Positions 1 to 14,629 of a stretch of DNA of 64,000 nt are shown here, piece by piece. Source of the stretch: Amphiscolops sp. MND2022 (taxonomy: Eukaryota). The DNA lies in the NCBI GenBank assembly GCA_964187785.1, contig OZ076413.1:46626001-46690000 (forward strand), given 5' to 3'. The number at the start of each line of letters is the position of its first letter. Within the stretch, counting starts at the first letter, position 1. The position numbers and the translations under genes were made by a program. A model generated the notes under the pieces. The model was given only the letters and a program-made list of their open reading frames with translations. It ran no database searches and was not told the DNA's origin.

Positions 1-1278
1 AGTACTTCATAAAAGTAACCCTGTTTACAAATACCGGTACACAAAAGTGGGAAATTAGCCTAAAATATTGACTTCAAAAGTTTACGAGTGGGGGAAACAG
101 ATTGCATATTATTACGTAATGATAAAAAGGACTTTCTTTTTGGGGTCTTGGAATTTTGCCACAAAGTTGGCAAGTTTATGAGAAGGTCATTATCACTAAG
201 CCATAGTAAATTTAAAGTAAATTATGAAAGTTCAATGGAAACTTAAGTATTTGGCCAAGTTCAATAAGTTATTTTTTTTAATTAGGTTACGTTCATATAT
301 GTTTGTACCACCAATACATGTAAGCTAGCACCAGCGAACACATCTTGCATATGATTTTAATGAGTTTTATTTTTTTGTCCTTAGTTTTATTTAATGATAA
401 AATTATACATTTGATGTCTTTCGTAACAGAAGGGAAGAAATATATTCAGCATTAGTTCTGTGATTTTCCAAAGCATTTTATTTAATGAAAAAAATTCAAA
501 CAACGCTGATCCGATACAAAAGATGTGACCTCTGATTTTGATAAGCCGAATTATCATTTAATTTGCTCATTGTTCTACAATGACCTCACTGACAGGTGTA
601 AGCAACATCGAAAGAATGCAAAATTCATACAACTTTATAAATGCATGTCTTGACCGCATGAACGAAGTGATACCGGATGTCATAGAAAAATCAAATGGTA
701 GTTTTCAATGGCATGTCCTGCTTCGTAATGAACGGCTAGCAGGACAATAAGTTGAGCTGAATGACCTCACAATGCTAACATCGATGCAACATCAATGCTT
801 CTTTAATATTCAGGGAAGGGCCATTCATGCGGTTGGCTTGAAAAGTGCAATCTCTGACAGTTCATCAATAATTCAAAAGACGCCTCAGTTTGTGATCACA
901 TAATCAATCTTTTTTCTTTTCAATTATTGATACGCCGCAAATGACAAAGCATCGGCGTCATACATGTTTTATGCAATTACATCACAATGAAAACTCAGTG
1001 ACGTAATTTCATTCAGGCCCTTATGCAAAAATTCCTTTCTCGATTTTTGTCTGCGGTGAGTAGCATGAAAAGAACAACACGTCTGCTTATAAGATGTGGT
1101 CGAAGAAGACGTTTGAAAGTAGTAATGTATGTATTCAGCTTAAACAGAGTGATATAAACAAATCCCAGCATAGTTTTACTGACTTTACTGTAGATGTACT
1201 TGGCAGATTATAACGAATAGAGCGAAATGATGACAGAGGCATTTTGCACAGCACGGATTAGATGAGAGTTACTAAGTC

Positions 1279-1703
1279 TTTTTAGTCGGCGCGTTTTCCT
1301 TTTAAGGAAAAATGCCCGACTATAGCAATGACCCTTTTTTCTTTTTTTCTTCAGACTACAATCCTCACACTGATCGGTCCACTTTTTAGAAACAATCCTG
1401 AAACCACCTACGGCCAAGGCAAACTTAGTCCAAAGGGTCCCCCCTTTGGATTTTTTTGGGCACTGTGCGACTTTTTTTCGAAAATTTTTTAATGTCCCCA
1501 GAGGGTCCCCTTCGAGTTTTTTGAAATTTTGCAACAGAATGTATGTTAATAAATCCAAAAGGGTCCCCCTTTTACATTTTTCGGCACTATGCGACATTTT
1601 TCGAAAGAAAAAAATTCAAAAATTTCAAGTTTTTTCCAAAAAAAATGTTTTGCGCTTTTTGAGCCTTAGATATAGCGCCGACTTTAGACGTTCTCGTCTT
1701 GTT
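1279..1703 (+). mobile_element. Non-autonomous Helentron/DINE-like element, family A
   Basis: T-run, then 5' subTIR AGTCGGCGC (1284-1292) folding back on ...GCCCGACT. Internal AAAGGGTCCCC/TTTTCGGCACT subrepeats. 3' subTIR GCGCCGACT (1675-1683), then hairpin AGACG-TTCT-CGTCT (1686-1699) and TGTT. No TSD. Confidence 0.8.
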
Positions 1704-1926
1704 TTACTAGGTCAAAATAACGTCTTTATTTGAGCTTTTTTTCGCGTTTATGCCCTCGACAGAAAGGTCTACCTCCAGCTCGCAAACAGGAGCAAAAGAT
1801 TCAAAACGCAATTAATGTTCAACCCTAAATGGACGATGATACAATTTCGTACCAGTTAGTTTCTGCAAAGTTCTGAATGCACTAGCTGACCGTAAGATTT
1901 CCAGACAATTTCACATAACATTGAAC

Positions 1927-3007
1927 CCCGGGTCGACCCTCCATGGATATCTTAGTAAGATCTTGGCAAGATCTTGCCAAGATCTTGGAAAAATCTTAGC
2001 TAAGATCGTGACAAGATATTGCCAAGAATTGCAAGATGCCATGGTAAGATCTTATCAAGAGAGCCATGTTTCCAAGAAAAATCTTACTAAGAAACTCAAT
2101 ATGGCAAGAAAAATCTTACTAAGAAGCCCAATATGGCAAGAAAAATCTAAGTAAGAAGCCGAATATGGCAAGAAAAAAATTGCTACGAACTACTCGATAT
2201 CGAGAAAAAGTAGAATCAGAAAACCCTTCAATTAAGAGTTATGGAAAAATAATCTAGACATCACTCAAAACAAAATTACTGAATGATTTTTAGAACCATT
2301 TCGATATCGATATTGTTCTTTCAATTGCAAAACTGTCGCCAACAACGGCGTCAGAAAAGCCTTGAGCTGAATCATTACCCAAATTAGAGCAATGACCGCC
2401 GTTTCTAGCAGTTATCAGGCTGCTGAAACAGGCTCAAAGAAAGCTGGAAATATGATTATAACAAAAATTTCAGGATTTTAAGGTCTTTCCTTTGTAACTT
2501 TCCGATAGTGGTTCTGGACATTTGAGAGCATATTTCGCCACCTCTGGAATCGACAGGAGTGATAAATTACAAGTTTTGGAAAGCCCTTGGAATGACCTTT
2601 CATTTGGTACATTCGCATTTCTCAGTCCTAAACAGGTGAGCAGTTATTAGGATTCTCGTCAAAATTTCGGAAGCCAGACTACGTTATCGTAATTTTTCAC
2701 GCATTTTTGCATGCAAATTTTTTTCAGCAGGTTTAAGCATTTTGATTATGAAAACGAGTAGAACTAGTCGTTGTTGGGTGAAATGAGCCTTTAGATTGAG
2801 TCTCGGCTGCTTGTACCGAAGGTATAGTGTTTTTTTATAATCTTAAAATTTTGTCCATCGTGATAAGATACGATCTTGGAATAAGTAGTTTCTTAGTAAG
2901 ATCTTGATAAGAATCTTGCCATGGGATCCATGGTTGCCAAGATGTAGTAAGAATTTGGCAAGATCTTGCCAAGACAGCCAAGATGCTAGTAAGAGGGTCA
3001 ACCCGGG
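1927..3007. mobile_element. MITE with CCC...GGG termini and 2-bp TSD (CMC/EnSpm-like)
   Basis: 15-bp TIR CCCGGGTCGACCCTC / GAGGGTCAACCCGGG (1 mismatch). AC on both flanks. AAGATCTT-rich subterminal repeats at both ends. Confidence 0.8.
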
Positions 3008-3353
3008 ACGCCGTTTCGCGAAATATTGACTCTATGTGACAAAACGATCAATTGACAAGAGAACAAATCAGTCGAACGCATTTTAACTCCAGATTTTTAA
3101 GATGAAACGGTTGTTGTAACCTTGATCGTATGGTATCTTTAAAGAAATTTCTTCCACATAGCCTAAAAATCGAACGGAGTATTCAGTTGTCACCCTTACG
3201 TAAATGCCTTTTGAAACATTTAACTAAGCTTCACAAAATATCGAAATGTACAATATTTAATTCAAATATTGAAGTATGTTTTTGCTTTAATACAGAACAC
3301 ACTGTCGTATTGTTCTAAGTGTACACTTTGATATTTCGGATTACTAGAGTCAA

Positions 3354-4238
3354 CCCAGAGTTCGAAGCCGTGGCACCCTTTATCAAGATCATGGCTAATC
3401 ATGATACATGGAATGCTTGTCAAGATGGTTTGTCATGATTCTTTCCAAGGACATCAGATCAAAAACTAGATTAAACCATTTTCAGTTTTTGACCGTGTCC
3501 CAACTGGATAGAAGGCCTGTCTATCAATGGAGAGCGTAAAAAACGTTTGAGGAATAGCATCTAACTGCAAAACAGGAATAACGTCCAAAGCCAAATCATG
3601 CTCATTCCCGATCTTAAAACATTATTTTTATAGACGTTATTTATCAGACGTTATTCGCGCGCCTACTATGAATATGCGGACTAGGAATAGTATCGAAAAT
3701 ATCCAAAAACGTCAGATAAGTTCCAAAATAAGTGTCTGAAATGTCTGAAAATACGTCAAAAAACGCCTAAAAATTTCTTTAAGAAACGTCCGATATGTGT
3801 AAAAAACGCCAAATATCTACAAGTCGGCAAGATCACGAACCGCTGATTTGAGTGTAATCACTTGCTTGGAAAATTTTACCAAGGAAATTCTGGACAGATG
3901 TAACGTCAGCCAGTCGATGTTACAAAAATTTCGTTGACAAGAGTTCCATCAACAATTACTATTGTTAAATTGTGCCTAGACAAAAAAATCGCTACCAAAA
4001 AGATCTGAATAGATAGGCATTTGCTACCATGGAACTGAGTAAGATATGTAGATGAAAAGTTAAAGAATGAGTGCACAATGTTCCCAAAAAAACGCATTTG
4101 CTACCATGGAACCTTTGTCAAGAACATGTTAAATCTTGGAATCGTTAGCCTTTGCACCGTCTTGCATGGTCATGATATTCTCGCCAAGAGCTTGCCATGG
4201 ATCATGGCAAGGGTACCATGTGGGCTTCGAACACTGAG
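3354..4238. mobile_element. MITE with CCC-type termini and 2-bp TSD
   Basis: 16-bp TIR CCCAGAGTTCGAAGCC / GGCTTCGAACACTGAG (2 mismatches). AA on both flanks. CATG/CAAG-rich subterminal regions. Confidence 0.7.
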
Positions 4239-5062
4239 AATGTACTCTCTTGCTAATTTTATATTTAATTAATCAGATTGTTGCATCCATCAATAAATTC
4301 AAATTTTTCCTCAGGAGTGAAAGAAAAAAGTGTTTGATCTTTCGTCAGTAACCTGAATCTCCTTTTAGACATAGATTCTGCTAAATTATTCTCCTCTTTC
4401 ATTAAGGCCCTTTTCACATTTCAATAGCTTCTGGTAAAATCTGCCGTCAAGCTTGTTTAATTGTATCTCTCGGGCATGAAGTACATGGGTAGCTTATATG
4501 TAGACATTGCAAATTAATTGCACAAAATGACAATCTGTATAGTCCATTATATTTTTTCACACTTCTTGGCGAAGGAAGATTTCAAAAGGCGTGAAATCTT
4601 TATCACGCTCACACTTTGGACGAGTGATCAAAAATTTCTTACCGTCAAGTTTAGAACTGTTCAGTATTTGTTCAGTACATTTGGTATACAATTTCTTTGC
4701 ATTTGGTTCACAAATTGCCATGCAACAAAGACTGATTTTATGATAGCGAAAAGTATGAATTGCTAGGAGAGAATAAACCAAGAAAGTTAAATACGAAAAA
4801 GTCGGGAACAACTTGCTTTTGATGAAATATTGGACACGTCTGGGAAAAATGAAGTAAATCAATAGTTTGTTTCAATACAGTAGCCACAGATGGTTTATTA
4901 GGGTTGATCTATGATTTATTAGCAATAATACACAGAGCTGAGGACGAATACGACGCCAACACAGTTGAATTTCTAACCAACAGAAGCGCCTTGATGTATC
5001 AACTAAAATACTTCCATGGTAATTTTATCGTTTTTCAAGGCAATGTGAATTTTGGGTGACAA

Positions 5063-6414
5063 TTTTTAGGAGTCGGAAAAATTTTCGACTACTTATGCAA
5101 TCGTTTCGTTTTTTTGTTTTTTTTCTCCCGACCTTTTGTAACGACGAGCGCTGGCTCTTAACCGAGACTTAGAAGTGGAGGAACTAGAACTGTTTAATAT
5201 GATCCGGGACTTAGATCTCCACGGCCCTAGCTCATTTTGCCTCCAAGGGAACCAGTCCCAGTGTGGGGGAACCTTCTTATAGGATGCTCTCGGGCCTGGT
5301 CCCAGTCTTTAATTGCGGAGAATAACGGGCATCCGTTTCGGACCTTCGCCTCGGACCACCGTTTAGACAGCCTTTAAAAACAATCCCAAGGATAAACAGT
5401 GTAAATTTCCATCTTCGGGCTGATATCGGAATAATATTTAAAATGGGGAATAAGATCTAAAATTGCACAAACTAGCGCTCGAGCTAGTTCAAACGGCTAA
5501 ATCCAGCAAAAATACATCAAAACACACATCGGAGTGGCAAACCACACAGCTACAAGCTGGGGCGGTGGGGCTCCAAGCACCAAACAAGGATAATTAAGCA
5601 AAAAGACTCAATTAAGCGGTTTCTGCCACTTAGGGTAGCATAATGCTGAAATCGATGAAAACCGGGGTTAGCACCTCAAAAAGAGTCTATTTTAGAGTTC
5701 GCTAAGCTCTCATGCTATCTCGTTCACCGTGTTCCCGCTCGGTCCCGCTCGGTCTTCGTTTTGCATTCAAAATGGCAAAAACAGCGAAAAGAGCAATCAC
5801 ATGCTCAGTGCCACGTCACACATCGAATTCGAATTTTTGACCAAATTTCTGAACATGTCACAATTCCAAAATCGGTTGATTTTGCTGTACCCGAGGGTCC
5901 CGTTACATTTTGATGAAAATTTCAAATTTCTGAAAAACTGTCCATCGGATTTTCACAAAATTTTGTCCAGTCATTCTACACCCAAAGGGGCCCCTGCGTG
6001 CTCGAAGGCATCAAAATCGTATGACTGGAATGTGAGAAACATAGCCAGAATTAGCCCAAAAATGGCCAAAATTAGCCCAAAAACAGCCATTTTTCGACTT
6101 TTTCGATTTTCTCAAAAACTGTCCATACGATTCAAACGATATTTTCTACAGTCATTCTACACTATAATATGGTCCTTTATGTGCAATTTCATTAAATTCG
6201 TATTGCTGGGATGTGAGAAACCTAGCCAAAATTAACCCAAAAATGGACAAGAACAGCCATTTTTCGACTTTTTTTGATTTTTGCGAAAACTGTTCATACG
6301 ATTCGAACGAAAATTTCTACAGTCATTTTCTACACCATAGTATAACTGGGATTGGAGCGAGTCAGAAGAAAAAAGACCTAAGCCGACTCCTTTGCCGCAT
6401 ATGCGGCTCTGGTT
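5063..6414 (+). mobile_element. Non-autonomous Helentron/DINE-like element, family B
   Basis: T-run, then subTIR AGGAGTCGG (5068-5076) with local fold-back AGTCG...CGACT. 3' subTIR CCGACTCCT (6383-6391), then hairpin GCCGC-ATAT-GCGGC (6394-6407) and TCTGGTT. Internal ~180-bp diverged repeats at about 5930-6345. Confidence 0.7.
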
Positions 6415-8221
6415 GAAGTTCTTTGTTTTTTTTTTCCGCATTTTGGTCGAATATCAATCCTATTAGGCATCATTCGAGAGTAAAACACACTCTGAAAACA
6501 ACCTCTAGAATTTGATAAACTTTTTAAATTGAAACTACAAAATTTAATTCTGTAGGAAAATGTGGATCCCGCTAAGTGAGTCAATTTTCTCTAGCTTCTT
6601 GATACTTGAGTGTATCTTGGGGCGGGCACAACTTGGACTTGTTAAATTCATAAATTTTCATCATTGAAACCAGGGACAACTTTCAAAAATCATGGAACGA
6701 TGTTCAGCACGACAAAGCCATATATATGAATCATTAATGAAGCAAGAATTGACATCGATTACTGTCAAGCCTGGGGATGAAATAGCTTTTTTCGAATCAT
6801 AAATTTCTTTCATCTTTTGAAGACGCATTAATTATTGACTGTGAGGAAACACATATATCGATCTGCAGCAAAGTTTGACTTTGTGAATAATTTATTCAAT
6901 CAATACATGTAGTCAAAAAAATCTCACGAAATTTATATTCAAGGATTTTCAAATTGCGAATCTGAATTTTCCATCTCCGATTCCCTGTGAAGCCTCGCTA
7001 TAAGCCGTCTGGTGAATATTAATGTAAGCGTCCACGATTATCATTAACAAGATGATGTGACCTTGAAAGTTTTGGGTGGAAGAAATGATTTCTCCTTGAA
7101 TTTTTTTTTCACATAATCAATCATCTTTTTCCAAAGTTTTCGTTACTGGTTCGTGTTTTAACAACTTGCTCATGTTGTAACTATGATAATTTTAGCGATT
7201 CTTTCAATATTGAGTTTTTTAGGGCGAAAAATGTTATTCCAAGGACAGGTTCAAAAGTTGCACGAAACGTTCAAAAGGTTTCAAAAAATTTGACATCTGT
7301 GCTTATTCTTGTCAACAGTAACTTTCAAAAATCTACAAAACCTGCATGAAAACATCAAAAACTTTCAAGAAATTTTTTGGCAATTTCAGCTATCTTTGAA
7401 CCTCATTTCGCCGTTTTTCATTAATAGTTCAAATATCTGTGTTACGAACGTTTGCTACAAACCTAATTGTTTCGTTTTTGAATTTTGTGCAATAACCTCC
7501 GCCTGCTTAGAGATTAATTTTCCCTCAAAATGGAATATGGAGGAAAACAAAAACTATAAGATGCAATTTTCATTCCATTTGACTTATTTTTTTATTACAG
7601 CACCTCAACATCATGGAACAAACGGTTCTTCGTAGTTACATCAAATACATCTGACTTCATCAATTCAAAGGTTTTTGACACCTGGTGACAGATTGTCGCG
7701 CCTTGTATTCTTGTCTTTTTATTGAATCAATTTGTTTGAGTTGTCATCTTGTCCCTTTATTGTTTGAGGCTGTTAATTTGTTTTCCTGATTCAAATTCGA
7801 ATAGGCCAATCGTTACGAAGTCTGTGACAGAGCAATTGACTCTTTAAAATACAAAACAAAACGAGACAGAAAGGCTGACAGTCAAAAGAGTCCTTAATAT
7901 AAGTCATTATCAAGATTTTTAGAAATTCTGAAACAGTTTTTGAAGCTGAAATGTTTAAAAATTTATCGAGAATACAACGAATCTTCCGTGGTTTTTCTGA
8001 AAGTCATCATTTTTTCATGAGGCATCCGCGATATGTCATTATTCATTCACGGTCAACCCTTGAAATCTTCGAAATGAAAAAACGCTACATTAGAAGGCAC
8101 ATTACAATGTTTCCAGATTTCCACCAAATTCATATCAGCAGTACCCTTCTTCATATTTGAAAACAAAAAAGTTTCTCATTTAAAAGGAGGTTTGATATCA
8201 TCATTGAATTTTATAAATACC

Positions 8222-8223
<2 letters not shown>

Positions 8224-8278
<55 letters not shown>
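8224..8278. repeat. (AG)n microsatellite
   Basis: Uninterrupted AG dinucleotide run of about 55 nt. Confidence 0.97.
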
Positions 8279-8282
<4 letters not shown>

Positions 8283-10747
8283 CGGATTCAAACAGCTGTT
8301 TTTGCAAAATATTAACAGTTCTTAATTTTTAATAGAGAAAAGTTTGAAAAATTGGTATCATAATGACATTGAAACAATTTTATTTCAATTAGTTGCATGT
8401 GAGAACGTCATCGTCACTTATTATTATTCGGTTAACAACTCCCGTTCTCTACCGAAGAAGTTGCTCATGATTCATGTCATGGCCCATGGCATAGCACGCC
8501 ATGAATCATGTATGGAGTCTGATTGACATAGGTTACGATTGCAAAAAATTTGGATTTTTAGTTGGAATATGAACAAATGTGGAAAGTTCCGAAAACATCC
8601 CTTGGAAAGTAATTTATCTCAATCCCATTTTCCCTAGATACAACAACATGAAAGCGAATGCAGATACTTTATCCTGAGATTTATAGACAGATGTCAAAGA
8701 AGAATGTCTGGACAGTCCCAGGAGAAAATACAGTAACCATACAGTAGTTTTTGGTCCTATTTTGGAATTAAACATTGTCATCCTGTATGTAATTACCAAT
8801 TTTCATAGTTTTCCAATCACGGATTCTTGTTTGATTTGCGCTTACTTTTGATGTTTTTGATTTTGTTTGATCGAAACGAGTATAATCATTTTTATGACCA
8901 TTTTTCATTGTAAACAAATGATTGCGACCGAATGAGATAGATATACCTTTAGGTCAAATTTTGATGTATCAAATAACGGCATTTCCTGTTCTCGAAAATG
9001 AAGCACTTGCGAAATGTTTGCAGAAAACTTATCATCTTCTTGAATATTTCAACCCATTTCCTGACACCCAAGACAAATTTCAACCCAACTCTAATGGTCT
9101 TGGGACATTATCATATTGACTTCCTCAACTAACATACCTCTAATTGATTTTCATGATGAATGACCTTTGGAAATGTTGTGTATTTGCACATGAATGAAAA
9201 GTTTATACTTTTATTCCTGAATACTTTTGCGTAAAAACTGCAACACAGTCTTTCGACCGGACAATTTCTGTTTTTTTCTCTTCAATTGTCATGAATGAAA
9301 AAAAATGTGATTATAGTTTGTGATCATTTTTGTTCTACTTTTCAGTAACCAAAAGAACTGTTTTCCAAAATTGGGATAATTTTCAAGTGCCGAATGTAAG
9401 TTTTTCAACTTTATGTTTTTCAAGACTTTATGTTTTCCTGTGATCTTTTCACGGCGTTCATCTTAATTTATGCTGTTAAGAGATCCCCAATTGAAGTTTA
9501 AAACGACTGATTCTGAAAGGAATGCAAGTTATACCCAGATTGACGCCCAGACAACTTCTGTCTGCAAGTGATACTTTAATCAGCATTCAAATTCAACCGC
9601 TAATCAGTCTTTCCCTCGAGTATTTCTAATTTATGTCGAAGTACGTTCGTCTTAGCGCCACAGCTGAACAACCAAATGCACTTAGACTGGGATACCTTAA
9701 ATTTGATTATAAATAATTCTGGTTGCTGCATTTTGTCACTCGAAAAAATTTGTTCCTACATCTTTACAAAACTAGGAGACGATAAATCAAACATTAATTT
9801 CATTACAATGATGCAATCAACCATTTAACTATATTGGTTCAACACTCTAATGAGACAAACCAGATCTAGTAACAAATAGAGAAACGAACCCAGACGACCC
9901 AACGTAACGTCATTGCTTTTAAAATTCATTACTTTGCTGAGAATTTTTCAAAAAAAATTAAAGCGACATGAATGTATAACAAAAAATGGATCATATATCC
10001 ACTTCATGGTAGAATTTTTGACGCAAACAATTTGGACTATACCAAGAATCGAACTCGCATCAGGAAACCCATGTCAGAGGCGGCCGAGGCAGATCACTAT
10101 TGCCTTATTTGGACGTTATTTACTTACTGTCAAAACTTTTCAACATTATTTTTTACGTTATTTGAACTCCACTAAAAGGTCTTTCAATATCTTGGAAGTT
10201 TTTGTCATATTAAAAATTTTCGTGCATGATTTTGCAAGTCGTCTCGTAGAATAAATCATTGTCTTGTTTTGCGAACAATCTATAAGAGCGAAACAAGGGA
10301 ACTAAGTTTTTTTTATTTTTCGAAGAAAAACTTTCATTGTTCCTGTTTCTATTGTTTTGGACTCCTGATTCAAATTGATTGTGGAGCTAAATTCTTTTTC
10401 GAAAAAAATCACCCATAAAACAAACAAATGCTTCCAAATCATGTGGCCAAATTGATGGGAATCGGAACATATTCATATATTGAACATTTATGTCAGTTTT
10501 CAGTTCCATGTACACTTCGATTTCCAACTGAGCTTACATGAACATGTGTCATCAAAGAATAGAGAACTGGACGGATAAAGCTGAACAGTTTTCAGCTAAT
10601 TCTTGTCATTTTTCTTTCATTTTTACTAAGCACATCACAAATAGCTTCGATAGGGTTGAAATGAAACATTTCTTAGGTTAACCTCAAAGATTAGTTGTTT
10701 TTTTGAACGTGAGGAGCACCTTTCTTTGGTGCTCGGAACCATCACTA

Positions 10748-11466
10748 TGTAACGTCCGGCTAGCGGCGCACATCTAGGAAGAGGGACAATGCCTAGGGTG
10801 CTTAAACAGGAGACCGTTGTCTTACTACACTCCTAAACACTAGTTTTTGATCCCAAAATGGTCTCCATGGGGGACTTTTCTAACGTCTAAGGAGGCTCCT
10901 CTAGTTAGAGCTCCGAGGCGACATGCCGGCACTCTCAAAGTCCGGACACGCCCCACAAGCCTGTAAAAACGCATCCTAAGGTTTTTAGCGCGTTCCTGCC
11001 ATCTCCTACATACTTCCGAGGTCCAAAAGGGTGTTTATCCGAAAAATGTCATTTCGACAGTTATGGGCATGAAATGCCGACCTAGAAGGTCAGACATGGG
11101 GAAAATAACAAAATGCATTATAATAAATTAACAAAACAAAGGGGGATAAGCCCCAAGTGGAAATACAGTTACTGTTTGTAGATTTTCGGGGATCCAGTCA
11201 CGCCATTCTAGAATGATTCTGCTTTCTCAGGGATGACATAGCACCGGGTAGCGTTCGTCGTATTCTGTCCCGTGTGTATCTTCATGTCATCAGTTGTTTT
11301 GCCTCTTCTCTTCTTTATCTCCTGTCGTTCCTCCTGTTCACGTGTTCTCTTCTTTCATTTTTATGGGCTTCAAGGACCTGCCAGGTCGGCCATTTTGATT
11401 CGCACATTTTCTGGTTCTTGATCGAATTTTTCATCGAAAATTTGGTGTTGACTGGTGGACGTTACA
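10748..11466 (-). mobile_element. Solo LTR (second LTR-retrotransposon family)
   Basis: Perfect terminal inverted repeat TGTAACGTCC...GGACGTTACA. Homologous to 62888-63607; orientation is taken from the PPT beside that copy. Flanks share only CTA, so there is no clean 4-5 bp TSD. Confidence 0.75.
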
Positions 11467-11854
11467 CTAAGAGGGAATCATTAGTGCTGATATTCAAAAA
11501 TTCCAGAACAAAAGTCTTCGACTTCACTTACATCATTTGAGCTTTTTGATTTGTCCTCAAAAATCTTTAAAAAATTTTTTCCATGCTCGACTTTTGATGA
11601 TCCATTTTTACATTTGATCTTAGTTAGAGACAATTTTGACGTTGCTATAAATCCTAACTGAAAGAAATTGTCTGAAATGTAACAAATTAGGTCTCTCAGA
11701 CCAAATGAGTCATTTAAGGTATAAATGTATATAACTGTTACATCATTGACTGTTAGAGGTCACTGACACAGATAGTTGTTTACAAACAAACTCTAATCAA
11801 AACTAGAATGATATCAATATCATTCTAGTTCACTCTAAGATTGTTCCATCCGCA

Positions 11855-12088
11855 ATGATCGCCGATCATTACGGATGGAACAATCCTAACCACGGATTAG
11901 ATCGGAAAAAACCGTCAATACGGCAAAGTTTCTCATGGGGCGACGGTCCTTTCGCCATAGAAGCTACTACGAGAAGGCACTTTAATACAGACCCAGACAA
12001 CGCTGAAGCTGTCAAGTTGATACAGTTATTCAAAGAACATTTTTTGCCAAAAAGGAAAACCTGCCATAACCGGGACGATTTATTCTAG
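11855..12088 (+). pseudogene. Ty3/Gypsy gag fragment
   Basis: FSWGDGPFAIE...LFKEHFLPKRKTCHNRDDLF aligns by eye with the gag of the 39-42 kb element (FIWALGEEAV...LHFIPERNKFHSRADFF). Confidence 0.6.
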
Positions 12089-14629
12089 GTGAATCGAGAT
12101 CAAACTGTTTCTTGTGAATCAATGGTTTTAATATCCGCGATAATGGAAAAGATACCATTGATCCTTTTGGTCAATTATTAACGATTCTAACTAATTAGGA
12201 CTGTTTTCTGTAAACCATCATTTTTTGTGGTTTTCAGAGTGGCAATATTAAACGTGAAAACTTTTGTCATTTCAAGAAATTAACACCAATTGATATTGTC
12301 TATTTGTTTGAACAAAACGTTTTTCACTAATTCTGAATGAGTTTGATCAAAATACAAAAAAAAATAAAAGGACTCAAAAACTAGAACTTCTGAATGCATC
12401 ATCAATTATGCATTACTTTATAAGAGAAATGTTGAGAATGCAAATTATATAGGGACCCAAATTGTTACAGCAAGGGAGAAACATCAATTAGGTATATATA
12501 TTGAGCTTGTTCTGCTTTCTATAAATAATTTCCATAATTCAATAATAAAATTTCTTTGTGGGAGTGGTATTGCAGGAAAAACCATAAATAATTTCAGTAT
12601 TTTCTCAATGTTGTGACGATTGAAAAAAAGAACGCTATGAAACCTTCAAAAATTCGATGAAGTTCTTTTCGAAGCACGCATAGTATGAATTTTTGTGCTT
12701 CGAAAATTTGCGAGTCTTTCACTTCAGCCAACATGGTTGGCAAAAATATCAAAAGATAACCCTAATCGTTTTTTCTCGCATCATGGGTCCTACTTATTCT
12801 CGCATTGGTAACAAAATTAAGCAACGACTGGTAAAACTTCTTTTGATCAGTCGCACTCAGGTAAGAATAGTGCAAGGTGTTATAAATTTCGCTAATTAAA
12901 TATTTTATGGTAGATGGATTGTGGCCATATATAGCCACAGTTATTATAATTCATAAACCGCACCAGCACAAGATGGCCCAACAAATGTAACAGTTGGGGA
13001 TAGAAAAACACTCTTGGGAATTTTTTAATCAGAGGCTTAGTCCGCGAAAGATGAAAGGTAGCGAAATTCCTATGAAAAGCCAGTGGTAACCTAGTCTCGG
13101 GAATTTGACAGAGAAACCCTAAGGCGAATTGCTCCTAATGATAGATTTGAGACGCCGAAATTTTCCTGTATTTCATTACCACTTTCTAAGGTATCTTGTT
13201 GCGATTGTTTTACGGCTCGACTGATTGACGGCTTAGAGAGAGAATCCCAGAAAACAAGTGATTTCTGTTACAGACAAAAGAGCCCGTCTATTGTCTAACG
13301 GATCAACACAATTCACTTCACAATGACATTTTTCAGAGCTTTGCAGTCAATCTTGCTATTGACTGGTTTTGAATTGTCGTTTGACCTTGAAACGTGTTGG
13401 CAGTCAAGTATAAGATCAAAACTTGCTCAACCCAGTAAAAATACCAGCTTGCAAGAATTATTTTCCGAATCCAATTATGATTTTGTCGGGGACTTTTTCA
13501 TGTTTGTTTTATTTTCATAAAAATTAAATCTTGTATGCGATAGCATAACTTTCCTACATAACTTCTGCTTGCGGTTCTATCCTCGGCAGAAAGTTTTGAC
13601 TATGGGGATCTATTCAGTTGAAAATCCTTGAACTTTTTAAAGTTGTTTATGTGTTACCAATAACTTCTAACAAGTTTGCTCTTTCATTTTTGAATCTTGT
13701 CGGCAACCTTGTGGACTTACATAGCTGTCTCAAAGATGCATCCTAAAATTGAAGTGTCAAGTTTCATTGGTTTTAGCATGTATCTGTACCCTCTTTAAAA
13801 GCAGCCAAGTCCTTATCAATTTTGATCCACAGAAATTTTCTCAAATTTAGGAAACTAATTTGAAAAGTCATAGTTGGGGCTATTTTTCTTTGATCCACAA
13901 TCCGCACCGAATGTGATCTTTTCAATGTTCCATTGATATTTTCACTCGGAGCCTACATTGATGACAATTTTTACGTGACTTGAAGGTTTCAACTCAATCA
14001 AGGACACCAGAAAAAGTTCAAATCAGCAAAAATACTTACAGTAGTCAACGCTTGCTTCCTTTAGAAAAAACACATTATATTGGTGACTATTTTGATATAT
14101 TTTTCAAAGTAAAGATGCGAGCTAACAAGTTTTTTAACTACCGCGTAGAGAATTGACTAGAGCAGCAAAAGGACGTCTGTTCGAATCCCGTTTCAAGACC
14201 AATTCTTTCATGCTTTTGTATTGAACTATACAAAAACAGTGTTCGCACAGAAGGCTTCTGAAGAGCGACATCGTTCGGATATAACGTCGGAAGTTCCAGT
14301 CACAAGAAAGTCAATCTAATTTTTCGTCTTACCAGGTGAACTGTAGAGGATTTAAATGTAGCAAACACCAAACTTTTTGTCTTATTGGAACGAACTAGAC
14401 TAAAAACATTTTCTGATAGAATGCATACAACCTAACATTTCGGAATAAAAGCATGGATTTGGTATTTATTTCGGTTGTTATTTTTTTGTTTTCTGCGGAT
14501 TTTTTTTGTAATTTTCCTCCCCGATTTCGATCATGACTTCTATGCCTTCGCTTCCGCTAATATGCTACTTGGCTTGGAGATTAACGAGATTTCCAGCACT
14601 AAACCAAAAACGTTATGTTCCCAAAGGTA

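Noticed and set aside
1208..1733. K/F-rich ORFs here and at 5729, 18083, 19294, 32049, 35522, 50526 and 60143
   Set aside because: They lie inside non-coding Helentron-like repeats; frames are not conserved between copies.
11678..11741. TGTAACA...TGTTACA mini-LTR before the gag fragment
   Set aside because: Too short, with no PBS, PPT or TSD; a 7-bp match may be chance.
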